From the NCBI GenBank assembly GCA_044892505.1, contig CM097884.1, positions 29,636,001 to 29,700,000 on the forward strand: a stretch of DNA of 64,000 nt, in the 5' to 3' direction. The notes below the pieces were generated by a model that had not been told where the DNA came from, did not search any database, and saw only the letters and a program-made list of their open reading frames with translations. This DNA comes from Schmidtea nova (taxonomy: Eukaryota). Position numbers and translations under genes: made by a program. This document shows positions 1 through 10,406 of the stretch, piece after piece; position 1 is the stretch's first letter, and each line of letters begins with the position of its first letter.

Positions 1-585
1 TCAATATTTAAATATATGACATACTTAATTTCATATATGACCTACTTAATTTAATTTAAATAATATCTAATTTTAGCTTAAATTCAATATTTAAATATAT
101 GACCTACTTAATTTAATTTAAATAATATCTAATTTTAGCTTAAATTCAATATTTAAATATATGACCTACTTAATTTAATTTAAATAATATCTAATTTTAG
201 CTTAAATTCAATATTTAAATATATGACCTACTTAATTTCATATATGACCTACTTAATTTAATTTAAATAATATCTAATTTTCGTATAAAAAGCACCTAAT
301 TTTACTTTAAATTAAATATTTAAATATATGACCTACTTTATTTGACCTTAAATTGTCTTTAAATATATGACCTACTTTATTTTACCTTAAATTCACCTTA
401 AAAAATGACCCTAAAGTGTCCTTAAATCGACCTAGATCTACTTTTTTGTCCTTAAAGTGCCCTAAAACCATAAATTTGACCTTAAACTCACCTAAAAGTG
501 CCCTTAAAGTGTCCTAAAATCAAAAATTTGACCTTAAATTCACCTTAAGCGAAAAATTTGACCTTAAAATGACCTACTTAAAATT
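1..585. repeat. Tandem repeat array: 62-bp unit (about 4.5 copies, 1-282) decaying into short TGACCT/CCTTAAA motif repeats
   Basis: Unit ATATGACCTACTTAATTTAATTTAAATAATATCTAATTTTAGCTTAAATTCAATATTTAAAT starts at 35, 97, 159 and 221 (62-bp period). Many further TGACCT / ACCTTAAA motifs continue to about 585. Confidence 0.85.
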
Positions 586-3500
586 TGAAAAAAAAAAATT
601 TTTCCCTCGGGGGGGGGGGTTGACCTATATATGACGGGGACACATCCTACTACTATTCTAAAATAACAGTCTTATCTGCCGAACTAACTTTAAACCTAAT
701 TGCACAAAATACCTCCTTCATAGCTGATAATGTCACTTTCAAGCAGTTCAAAGGAATCGATCATGTTATAAGTATCATTCCTAAATTTAACGATTGGTGT
801 CTCTTTGTCTATTCGAATAAACTTGACAGGAGCTACATGTTCGACTTCAATTATCGAAACATTGATGAAAGGCTAATTGAAATTGGTGAAAAGATAACTG
901 AATATCTGAATCAATTCACTCTTGTTTCTAAAATAAAATTCACACCTCATCATAGAATTTCTCATCCAACATTTCATTCTTACGATGATCAATATTTTGC
1001 AAGTTCTTTTATTGTATTTTTTGAGAAACTTGTCTTTGAAAGAATACTGGACAATGATAAGGTTTATGACTCATTAAGTGCTCTAAAATATCAGTCTTGT
1101 AAAGATCTTTCTCCTAGCCTAAGTTTCATTAATGGTAAAATATCCGACAAAATTATTGAGGAATATTTTGCTAGCCTAAACTTATCGACCAAATATATTC
1201 TTCTAAACACAACAATGTGTACTGCGCTTTCAGATGATTGCACTGAATACTTGAAAGACTTTGTAAACATTGAGTGCATGATGAAGGCTACTATAATCTT
1301 TGTAATCATTTCTCCTCCAAGAGCCAACGACTTGCTCATGGTTATTGATTACGACGCTGATGAGCACTATTTATTAAGCCCAGTCACTAATGACTTGTTC
1401 GTTATGACTGAAGGATTCTGCTATAAATTACTAATTAAAATTAATGAGATTAGAGAGAGCACAGGACGTTCCTTGAAATCGCGTAATTGTCGACATGACG
1501 TTAAAGGTTCTGGCTTATTTAGTAGGTTATTAATCTGTGCCTTTATTAAATATTATGCATTTGACCGATCTCTAGAAAATATCAATCTTCATGAAATTGG
1601 CAAAATTATCTACTCACTTGTGCCATTAGTTGATAAAAATGATAATGCTGAGGAAGAAAGACGACTAAAATCAAAAGCTGTAAACTCTTTAAAACTAAAT
1701 TTAAAACAGCGAATAGAAAAAGCCAATAATCTTATAATTTCACTTGAACACGCCAGTATTGATGAAATCATAAGTGGCATTCTTTCAAATATTCCTCGTC
1801 TTAAAGATTTGAACACCGATCACATTCGTACACCATATTTAGGTACTAAAATAGAAAAAGCTAGAAAATTCAAAAATTCCACTGAATTTCTGTCAAACAT
1901 GAAAAAGACTGTGTATAGGATTTTGGGTAATAACACAGAATCAATTGCACCTCCTTTTCAGGAAATTATTGACACTTTCAGTCATCCTGATACATTACCT
2001 AGAAATTGGGAAAACATCTTAAAATTTACAAAAACTTCTAAAACTAGTCTTGAATTAAATCCAATGACACCTAAAGAAATCATGTCAAGTCTTGGCAAAG
2101 CTGACAACACTTCTCCAGGTCTTGATAATGTCTGTTATAAAGATCTTTTGCTATTAGACCCTGAATGTAAATTGTTAACTTTTCTATACAATAAAATCCT
2201 AAAATTAGATATTATTCCCACAAGTTGGAAATCATTTAAAACCATACTGATTCCAAAACCAGATAAAAATGGCCAATATCATAAAATATCTTCTTGGCGA
2301 CCAATTGCCTTATTATCTGTCATTTACAAAGTCTTCGCTTCAGTTTTGGCAAATCGTCTAAGCTTATGGATAAGAAATAATTCCATGTTACATATTGGCC
2401 AAAAGGGTGGTTCGGAGTACGAAGGATGTATTGAACACAACTCTATTCTTTCTGCTATCGTCGAACATTCAAAATACAGCAAGTCTTTACCTTTAACGAT
2501 AGCTTGGCTAGACATCAAAGATGCCTTCGGAAGTGTTCCACATGACTACATGTGGACACTGTTAAAACACATAAATGTTAGTGATAGGTTTGTAGGAATT
2601 TTAAAACTGCTCTATACTGATACAAGCTCGTTTTATTGTTGCAATAAAATGCAAACACCGGATATTCCAATAAAGAAAGGAGTTAAACAAGGTTGTCCGA
2701 TCTCAATGATATTGTTTGCAATAGCTATTAACCAAGTACTTGAGTCTATTAATCTATCAAACGTTAATCCTTTTACGATTGGAACATCTCCGGTACAGGT
2801 GTTGGCTTATGCGGATGATATCGCACTTATCGCGACAAATACCTCTGATCTGCAAATACTCATAAACGTTGCTGTAAACACCGCTAAAACTATTGGATTT
2901 GAATATCGTCCAGAAAAGTGCGCTTATATGCAATACCCTAAAATAGAAACTGTAAGCGAGATTTCTGTCAACAACGTTCTTATAAAAAAGATTGCAACAA
3001 ATGAATTTTACCAATACTTGGGAGTACCAATAGGTGACAATAATGATCAAAGTCCCTATGAAATTCTAAGCAAAGTAATTGAAGACACAAAGAAAATAGC
3101 AAATTCTGATCTTTACGGCTGGCAAAAACTTAAAGCGTATAAGGTCTTTCTGCATTCTCGCTTGATTTTTCCATTTAGAACTAGGGAAATAAAAACAAGT
3201 TCTTTAGCTGATTCGAGTAAAAATCCAAAATTAAATGTAAATAATACGAGTATTTTGAGGAGTCATCTTAGAAAAATATTGCACTTGCCACACTACTCTG
3301 AGATTAGCTATTTTTATAATTCTACTGAAAACGGCGGTGCAGGCTGCATAGACTTACTTGACGAGTATCATACACAGACAATCGTGTACTTTTTCCGTTT
3401 GTTAACATCAACGTGCGAATATTCGAAAAAGATAAATATTGACTCGCTTTTATTTGTCACAAGTCCGAGACTCGGAATCAAAAATCCAGTTCTTAAACAA

Positions 3501-4600
3501 AGTTTAGAATGGATAAATGGAAAAGAGAGCAAGAAAAACAACAGTGGTTGCAAAACTCGATTTTATCGGTTGCGATCATCCATTGCTTACTTTTCTAAAG
3601 TTCACAACATTAAATTGTTATTTGAAACAGTGAAAGGGAATCCTTCTATCCGTATAACCACTACACTTAAGGGAACACGTATATTATTACCAACATTAAG
3701 AAAAGCCTTGTCAATGATTTTGCATTCAGCTCTCCAGGATTCGTATCTCGAGAAATGGGAGAATAGCAATCATAATAATCTGCTTGTATCTGCGATTAAA
3801 CTCTGTCCACTTGTCAACAAGCTTATTTTCCGCAGTGATTTGACAGAATTTGAATGGAGATTCGTCCATCGAGCAAGAACGAATACATTATCAATATTTG
3901 CGAAGCCATATAAAACTGGCGAAAATCGTCTTTGTCGTAGATGTAAGCTTGAAGACGAGACTTTATCACACGTTCTTCAAACTTGTAAAATGAACAAATC
4001 TTTGGCAACTAGTCGACATAACGCTTGCTTAGAAAAAATAAAAAGCGAGTTGAAAGATCCAAACTTGTTAGCTGTTGCGGATCATAAATGTTCCCTAGTA
4101 CCGACATCAACTGAACGCGTTGATTTAATAATAACCAATAATGATAAAAAGACCATATTATTGGTAGACATGAAATGCCCAATCGATTCGGTGCCCAACT
4201 TTGACTTGGCTGATAAAAAAAACATAGAAAAGTATGATAAACTAAAATCAGAAATTAAAATAGCCAAACCCGATTATAAAGTTGAGTTGTTTACCTGCAT
4301 CATAGGCTCATTAGGATCCATTGAAATTAAAACACCTGATCTTTTAGTAAAAATGGGAGTAAAAGAAAATAAAGTAAAACGTCTGATGAAAGAGTGTGCA
4401 ATTAGCAATATTGCGCACTCGGCCAAAATTTGGTACTTTCATACCAATGGCTTTCTTCCAGATAATATAAGACAAACTTGTAAATAAATAATTATATATA
4501 TATAAATATTTGCTTTTTAAACTCTGTAAATAAAATTTAAAGTAAATATTTTGTAAAGTAATTTTTGTTTTAAATATCAAATCTTTTTAATCCGATAAAT
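586..4600 (+). mobile_element. Non-LTR retrotransposon (RLE clade), probably near full length; boundaries approximate
   Basis: Intact ORF followed by an AT-rich 3' region. No TSD or clear tail could be identified, so both ends are uncertain. Confidence 0.7.
624..4487 (+). CDS. Single ORF of an RLE-type non-LTR retrotransposon (R2/NeSL/R5-like group): N-terminal region, reverse transcriptase, CCHC knuckle, PD-(D/E)xK endonuclease
   Basis: RT motifs WRPIALL, WLDIKDAFGSV, GVKQGCPIS, LAYADD and YQYLG; zinc knuckle CRRC..ETLSHVLQTC; RHN motif; RVDL...LLVDMKCP endonuclease. Uninterrupted 1216 aa from ATG 837. The same frame is open without a stop from 624 (upstream TGA at 621-623). Confidence 0.9.
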   Translation, partial: PIYDGDTSYYYSKITVLSAELTLNLIAQNTSFIADNVTFKQFKGIDHVISIIPKFNDWCLFVYSNKLDRSYMFDFNYRNIDERLIEIGEKITEYLNQFTLVSKIKFTPHHRISHPTFHSYDDQYFASSFIVFFEKLVFERILDNDKVYDSLSALKYQSCKDLSPSLSFINGKISDKIIEEYFASLNLSTKYILLNTTMCTALSDDCTEYLKDFVNIECMMKATIIFVIISPPRANDLLMVIDYDADEHYLLSPVTNDLFVMTEGFCYKLLIKINEIRESTGRSLKSRNCRHDVKGSGLFSRLLICAFIKYYAFDRSLENINLHEIGKIIYSLVPLVDKNDNAEEERRLKSKAVNSLKLNLKQRIEKANNLIISLEHASIDEIISGILSNIPRLKDLNTDHIRTPYLGTKIEKARKFKNSTEFLSNMKKTVYRILGNNTESIAPPFQEIIDTFSHPDTLPRNWENILKFTKTSKTSLELNPMTPKEIMSSLGKADNTSPGLDNVCYKDLLLLDPECKLLTFLYNKILKLDIIPTSWKSFKTILIPKPDKNGQYHKISSWRPIALLSVIYKVFASVLANRLSLWIRNNSMLHIGQKGGSEYEGCIEHNSILSAIVEHSKYSKSLPLTIAWLDIKDAFGSVPHDYMWTLLKHINVSDRFVGILKLLYTDTSSFYCCNKMQTPDIPIKKGVKQGCPISMILFAIAINQVLESINLSNVNPFTIGTSPVQVLAYADDIALIATNTSDLQILINVAVNTAKTIGFEYRPEKCAYMQYPKIETVSEISVNNVLIKKIATNEFYQYLGVPIGDNNDQSPYEILSKVIEDTKKIANSDLYGWQKLKAYKVFLHSRLIFPFRTREIKTSSLADSSKNPKLNVNNTSILRSHLRKILHLPHYSEISYFYNSTENGGAGCIDLLDEYHTQTIVYFFRLLTSTCEYSKKINIDSLLFVTSPRLGIKNPVLKQSLEWINGKESKKNNSGCKTRFYRLRSSIAYFSKVHNIKLLFETVKGNPSIRITTTLKGTRILLPTLRKALSMILHSALQDSYLEKWENSNHNNLLVSAIKLCPLVNKLIFRSDLTEFEWRFVHRARTNTLSIFAKPYKTGENRLCRRCKLEDETLSHVLQTCKMNKSLATSRHNACLEKIKSELKDPNLLAVADHKCSLVPTSTERVDLIITNNDKKTILLVDMKCPIDSVPNFDLADKKNIEKYDKLKSEIKIAKPDYKVELFTCIIGSLGSIEIKTPDLLVKMGVKENKVKRLMKECAISNIAHSAKIWYFHTNGFLPDNIRQTCK

Positions 4601-4833
4601 TGTCTTTGAGAGTTATTAAATTAGGAGACCAAGTATTCTGCGACGTATGTCATTTATTCTAGACTTATCAACTTCAAAAGAATACAGTCGCAAAGCTGGA
4701 TGACGAAATCCAAAGAACCAGAAACTTCCATTCAGATTGAACAATTATATTTTGACTGTGATTGTTTAGGGACTAATCCATGTTGATTAGATAATCTGTA
4801 AAAAAAATATGTCAAACTTGTTATATTTAATAA

Positions 4834-6867
4834 ATGTTTATTATGCTTGATTTAAAGAATGCCTATTTGCAGTTACATGTCAGCGAGGATCTTTGGGAAT
4901 ACCAAAAGGTTCGATACAAAGACAAACTGTACTATTTAACAAGATTGGAATTCGGCCTCAACTGTGCTCCAAAGATAATGTCTCAAGTGCTCAGAAAAGT
5001 GTTAAGCCTCCACCCCAGAATTAAAGATGCGACAGATCACTACATTGATGATATCGCTGTTGATACAAGTAAAGTTCAAGTTAATGAGGTCGTCAATCAT
5101 TTAGCTCAATACGGCTTGACTACAAAGCCAGCAGAATCAATTGAAAACGCAAAGGTTCTTGGGCTCAGAATAAAACGTGATCGTCAGGGTCACCTGTCAT
5201 GGATCAGGGGGAAATGATGTCGGCGCAATCGAAAGTGAAATCACTCGTCGGATGCTGTTCTCTATATGCGGTAAGCTTGTTGGACATTATCCAGTTGCAG
5301 GGTGGCTCAGAGTAGCGTGCAGTTATATTAAAAGAACTGCAAAGGGCACGAAATGGGATGATTTAATTGGAAAAGAATGCGAATCGAAGCTGTCAGAAGT
5401 GATTACTCGTGTCAAATCAAGCGATCCAGTCAAGGGAAAGTGGACGGTAAGTAAAAGTGAGTGTGGGGTTCTGTGGTGTGATGCGAGTAGTCTCGCCTTA
5501 GGGGTTATGCTGGTAATAAATAATGACGTCGTTGAGGATGCTTCGTGGCTCAGAAAAGGTGATGACCACTCTCATATTAATGTTGCGGAACTAGATGCGG
5601 TACTCAAGGGTATTAACTTGGTAATACAATGGGGATTTAAGAGAATCGAGTTGATGGTGGATTCAGCAACGGTAGTAAGTTGGCTAAAAACAGTTCTGAA
5701 TAATGAAAGCAGAATACAGGTCCATGGAATTTCTGAAACGCTCGTTAGACGCCGCCTGGGGATCGTCAAAGAACTCATCGCCGACGAAAGTGTAACTATC
5801 TCTGTATGTTTAGTGAAGTCAGCAGAGAACCTAGCAGATGTCCTCACGCGTGTTCCAGAAAAATAGCTGAAGCCTGGGAATCATTTCGGATGTGTAGGAC
5901 TCTCAATTGAGCAAATAAAGGCCCGCCGTCGGAAACACCATTTCGACTTAGAAAATCAATCTACTTCATTCAATCGGAAAATCCGGAGACCAGTCGAGAC
6001 TGTATAAAAGAAGTCTTGAGAAACTGTACAGAAGGTAGGTCAATCGACCCATCACCGATTAAATGGGAGCAAGGCACACTGGAAGTCACGGAAAACTGGA
6101 AGAGATTGGCAGTTGACGTCACGCATCACGAGGGATCTACATTTCTGACCATGGGAGACTGTGGGCCCAGCAGATTTGCAATCTGGAGGAAAATAGATTG
6201 TGAGAACGCCCCAAACATTGTGAGAAATCTGGAGGAAGTATTTCGGGAGAGAGGCCCAGTATTGGAACTACTGATGGATAATGGGGCAAGTTTTCAATCT
6301 AATTCTTTGAGAGAGCTTTGTTGTAGATGGAATGTTAAACCGACCTATAGATGCGCTTATCGGCCGGCTGGAAATGGGATCGTAGAAAGAAACCACCGAA
6401 CAATAAAGTGTCATGCAGCCAGGAGTCATGCAGATCCCCGAGATATCGTCTTCTGGTACAATTCCGCGCATAGAGATGGAACTAATCAGGAAACAGCCCC
6501 ATCAGGGGGGTTGTTCAAGTATCACTGAAGATTTTACAGAGGAAAAGAAGATGAACGCTCAGTATCATGTGAATATACACCTGGGCAAAGGGTTGTTGTG
6601 AAGCCGGGACAAGCATAGTGTACTACTCAATGGCCCATTGGAATTGTAACTGGAATTAATTCCGGCACAAACATTGAAGTGGAAGGAATACCGCGTCACA
6701 TTGCAGACATCCGGCCAGTAGTGGAAGAAGATATTGCTGACGAAAAATCAGAGACAGACCGAGCAAGTGAGGAGGAGATGGAAGTTGCAACGCATGAGGA
6801 CAGGCCGAGACGACCAAGGAGGAAGCCGCGTTATCTTGATCAGTATGATTTGGATGTATCATACTGA
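4834..6867 (+). pseudogene. Disrupted pol (RT, RNase H, integrase)
   Basis: LDLKNAYLQ, FGLNCAP and YIDD (RT); WCDAS, HINVAELDA and ENLADVLTR (RNase H); LAVD, MDNGASF and GNGIVERNHRTIK (DDE integrase). Split over several frames with in-frame stops (e.g. TAG 5864-5866). Confidence 0.85.
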
Positions 6868-6878
6868 TCACGGGGGAA

Positions 6879-7038
6879 TGTGCGAGAAAATATCGTGACA
6901 TAATAGTGTTTGGTCCTACGATTATGCAATTATTATTTGCTGAATATATTACGTTGCGATTGTTTCGGCAACTACATTAACGTATGCTGTGATTAAATAA
7001 ATGTGGTGTAATTAAATTACTGATCTTGACTTAGCACA
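6879..7038 (+). repeat. 3' LTR (160 bp) with upstream polypurine tract
   Basis: GGGGGAA (6872-6878) directly precedes TGTGC. The segment ends in GCACA, a perfect 5-bp terminal inverted repeat with TG...CA ends. AATAAA at 6996-7001. Confidence 0.7.
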
Positions 7039-8247
7039 AAAATAAAAATTTAACTTCACTTCTACCAGCCCAATACATATAACAAAAACACAGAACCTAC
7101 CCTTTTGGTATCATAAAAAACATCGTTTTTAGAAGCAGAAACTTGTTATTTTGGTAATTTTTGTTGTTTAATAAAATTTATTTATAACCAGTGCACGGTG
7201 AGTTCTCAAATATCGAGACCCTATAAAAATGAAAATATAATTTAAGTCAGTTACATCTAATGACAATTTCAAAAAGTTCTATAAAAAATTAATAATAAGT
7301 TGAAGTTTATTTAAGGAATAAATGAAATCAGTACATTAATAATAAAATTTTTATGATTTTTATGAAAAAAGCAACAGAACAATAATTTATTTTTATTTCT
7401 TACGTTGGAAAGGCGCCCCTCTCCCATGCACAATCTGCACAATAGTACACATTGGATCGGCATTTAGTTATTCTTGATAAACTATCAGTTGTCGAAAGTT
7501 TTTATTTCTTTTTAGAACATAAAATAATCTTTTTTTCCAAACAGTTTTATCGATGAATGAATTTATAAATCATTGGTTTTACATAATCTTAAAATTAAAA
7601 AGAAATGGAAAATGTACATTGATTACTGCATCGAACATTGACTACCATTTCAAAAAAGATAAAAATCAATATTTTCCTGGGGAATGGCGATCGGTGGCAC
7701 ATCAAAAGTTGAAAACAATTAAATTAACGATAATTTTAAATTTATTTGGGTCCCTGGAAGGGGCTAGAGCAAAAATGAGAATTATTTAATTAATTAATAT
7801 TCTCAATAATCATCTAAGTAAAGTATGGAAGAAAAAACAAATTTTCAGATTGAACCAGCCGAGAAATGCTTGTCAAAACCAAAAATGGGAAATCCGCGAG
7901 AAATAAAAAATTAGTGCCTTAAGCAAATGGTTTGACCGGTTTCATTCTCGCTTTCAGTGATTGATGGGACTGGTTCATTTAACTTAACTAATTACAGTCA
8001 AATTTTCCAATTGGTTGAAGACAGCAGCGAACGAAACGAGTTTGAAAGGGAAACTTAGTCGTCAATCAGATTTAACGTTATTCTTTGGATTATCTAACCT
8101 GAATGAAAATTTGAATCGAATTTCAGAGAATTTTTTATTTAACAAAGTTTTATTTTGTTGGGTCTTTGTTATTATCTTAAGGACATGTGCAGTTAGAAAC
8201 AAAATTAATTCCAACCGGAACTCTAATAACCCGGCTCGTATTTTTCT

Positions 8248-8410
8248 GGTCAGAATTTTAATATGGTTATGGTCAGAATTTTTATTACATTGGTCAGAAT
8301 TTATATTAAATGGTCAGAATACATCGGTCAGAATACTAGTGGTCAGAATAAATATGGTAATGGTCAGAATTTATATTAAATGGTCAGAATTTAAATTAAT
8401 CGGTAAAAAT
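8248..8410 (+). repeat. Left sub-terminal array of MULE: 8 x GGTCAGAAT
   Basis: Eight exact GGTCAGAAT motifs separated by short AT-rich spacers, plus a degenerate GGTAAAAAT. Confidence 0.85.
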
Positions 8411-10406
8411 CGGTTGGCCATCGGTGTTATCGTATGAGATTGGTACGACTGTTCGACTGCAGCGCCAGCATCTGTCATTGACATCTTGACAGTTCCGACC
8501 TGCCGACGCTGAATCAACAACCATTGTAACAACACCAACTACAGACCTTATTGTGGTAAGTTAAGAAATGAGTTCATATGAATTTTATTTTCAATATTTT
8601 ATTGATTAATTTTAGCTTCTACCCTATTATGATGGAAAACGCTGTCAAATTATATGTATCCAGTGATGAATCTAATGATGAATTCAATGATAAAACAGAC
8701 TTGAGTACAACCAGAAGAAATAAGAGAACTCGTAGCTGGTATATGAGCAACACATGATACAAAGGAAGAGGCAGTTAATGCAGTAAAAGCTGAAACAATA
8801 TGGAGTTAACATTACAAAAGTGTTACCAATGATGGTAAAAAAAGTCTACTATCATTGCAATGTTGTTAAAAGAAGAGGACAGCAATGCGACGCCGGATTG
8901 TAAATTTTCTATAGCATCAATAAAACCGATGCAATCATATTTAGAACAAATGAAGGACATCCACATGAAGCGTTAGAAGTGAACACGGTGAAGTTAAATG
9001 TTGACATTAAAAATAAAATAAAGTCATTATTCGATCTAAAAGTAAAACCAAAGAAAATAATGGAGATATTGCATGAACAGGGAATTAATTTGAAAAAACA
9101 CAGCTATCCAATTATTTGACAAAATTAATGCACGAAACTTACGGTCCAAGCAAAATTAGTTTAGGTGAACTGGAAAAATGGTGCTTAGAACATTCTACAA
9201 TACCTGTAAATGATGATACTTCATATGTTGTGTCATACAATGTCAGATATCCCAAAGAAGAAGAAAGCGAAAATTGCCCACAATTTGGAATATTTATGTC
9301 AGCTAATCGACTTCTAAAAAACTCAAAAATAAGGAATAATATCCACGCCGATGCCACATATAAACTGATATGGGAAGGCATGCCCGTTATTGTTTTTGGG
9401 ACTACCGATATGGATAGACAGTTCCACCCCACAGGAATGGCTATTTGTTCTGGCGAAAGTATATCAGATTTTCAAATTCGTATTTCAATCTCTTTTAACA
9501 GGGTTGAAAAACAACAAGAAATTAATCTGGATTATTTAATTTCTGACGCGTCCAATGCAATAAAAAATGCATTTGAGAATGTGTTTGGAGCAGAAAAAAC
9601 ACACATTATGTGTTGGGGACATATGCGTACAAATGTAGTAAAGAGAATTGAATCAATGGTAAATGTAGTGGCTAGGACAGAGATGTTACAGGATATTGAT
9701 TCACTTCAGTTATCTCCGACGAAGGAAGTGTTTGAAAGGGCAAAGCTCTTATTTATATATAAATGGAGACAGTCAGGTCAATCAGAATTCATAGATTACA
9801 TGTTAAGACAGTGGCTTACAACTCATCAAAACTGGTTTTAAGGTGTTGCGATGCACACTCCTTCCACAAATAATGCATTAGAGTCTTTCAACCTGTGCAT
9901 AAAAAAGAGGAGACTTTACGAGAAAGGTAACCTTTACCAAGATATATGGAAATAACGTTGATGTCGATGGAAAAATTGTCGTTGGATTATGTACGTGGAT
10001 TGAGAATTTTCTACAATTCAAAAACTATCCAATTAAGTGAGTGGACCGAAGGATATCAATGGACAAAGTCCAATATAAATGTTTTTAATGGCGATGACTC
10101 TTTAAGTACATATTTTTGCCCAGCTGAAGGAAAAACGATTACAAGAGAAGACATAATTACTTTAAAAGACACTTTTGATCAATTTAAAAGCATGGCTTTC
10201 AAATGTTGGATTGTTTATCTTCCTATAGAACAGGGATATTCAACTGGCGGCCCGCGGGCCAGATCCGGCCCGCCGAAATTTGAAAATGGCCCTTTCAATA
10301 TCTTCGAATATTACACATATATAAAAATATTTGGATGATATATGCATAAAAATTATATTTATCTGGAAAATTACATAATAATATAAAAATATATGGTAAA
10401 CATTAT

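Larger units (their letters stand above)
4834..7038 (+). mobile_element. 5'-truncated Ty3/Gypsy-like LTR retrotransposon remnant
   Basis: Domain order RT - RNase H - integrase, then a polypurine tract and a 3' LTR. No gag, protease or 5' LTR is visible. Confidence 0.85.

Noticed and set aside
4633-4692. Crossed complementarity GTATTCT/AGAATAC and TGCGAC/GTCGCA suggesting a 3' UTR pseudoknot
   Set aside because: Loop lengths of 0-1 nt make simultaneous pairing implausible, and short matches can arise by chance.
586-4800. Specific target site (28S rDNA, SL RNA, U2 snRNA, tRNA) or ribozyme flanking the RLE element
   Set aside because: No recognisable target gene sequence on either side. No complete CUGANGA...GAAA hammerhead core or convincing HDV-like fold was found by eye; a covariance-model search is needed.
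7380-7980. GC-richer patches resembling hAT/MITE ends and an imperfect inverted repeat (7851-7979)
   Set aside because: No matched TIR pair or TSD could be established.
8015-8437. 140-aa plus-strand ORF
   Set aside because: Runs across the MULE boundary and through the GGTCAGAAT array; the low-complexity translation (WSEF, LVRI) is a repeat artefact.
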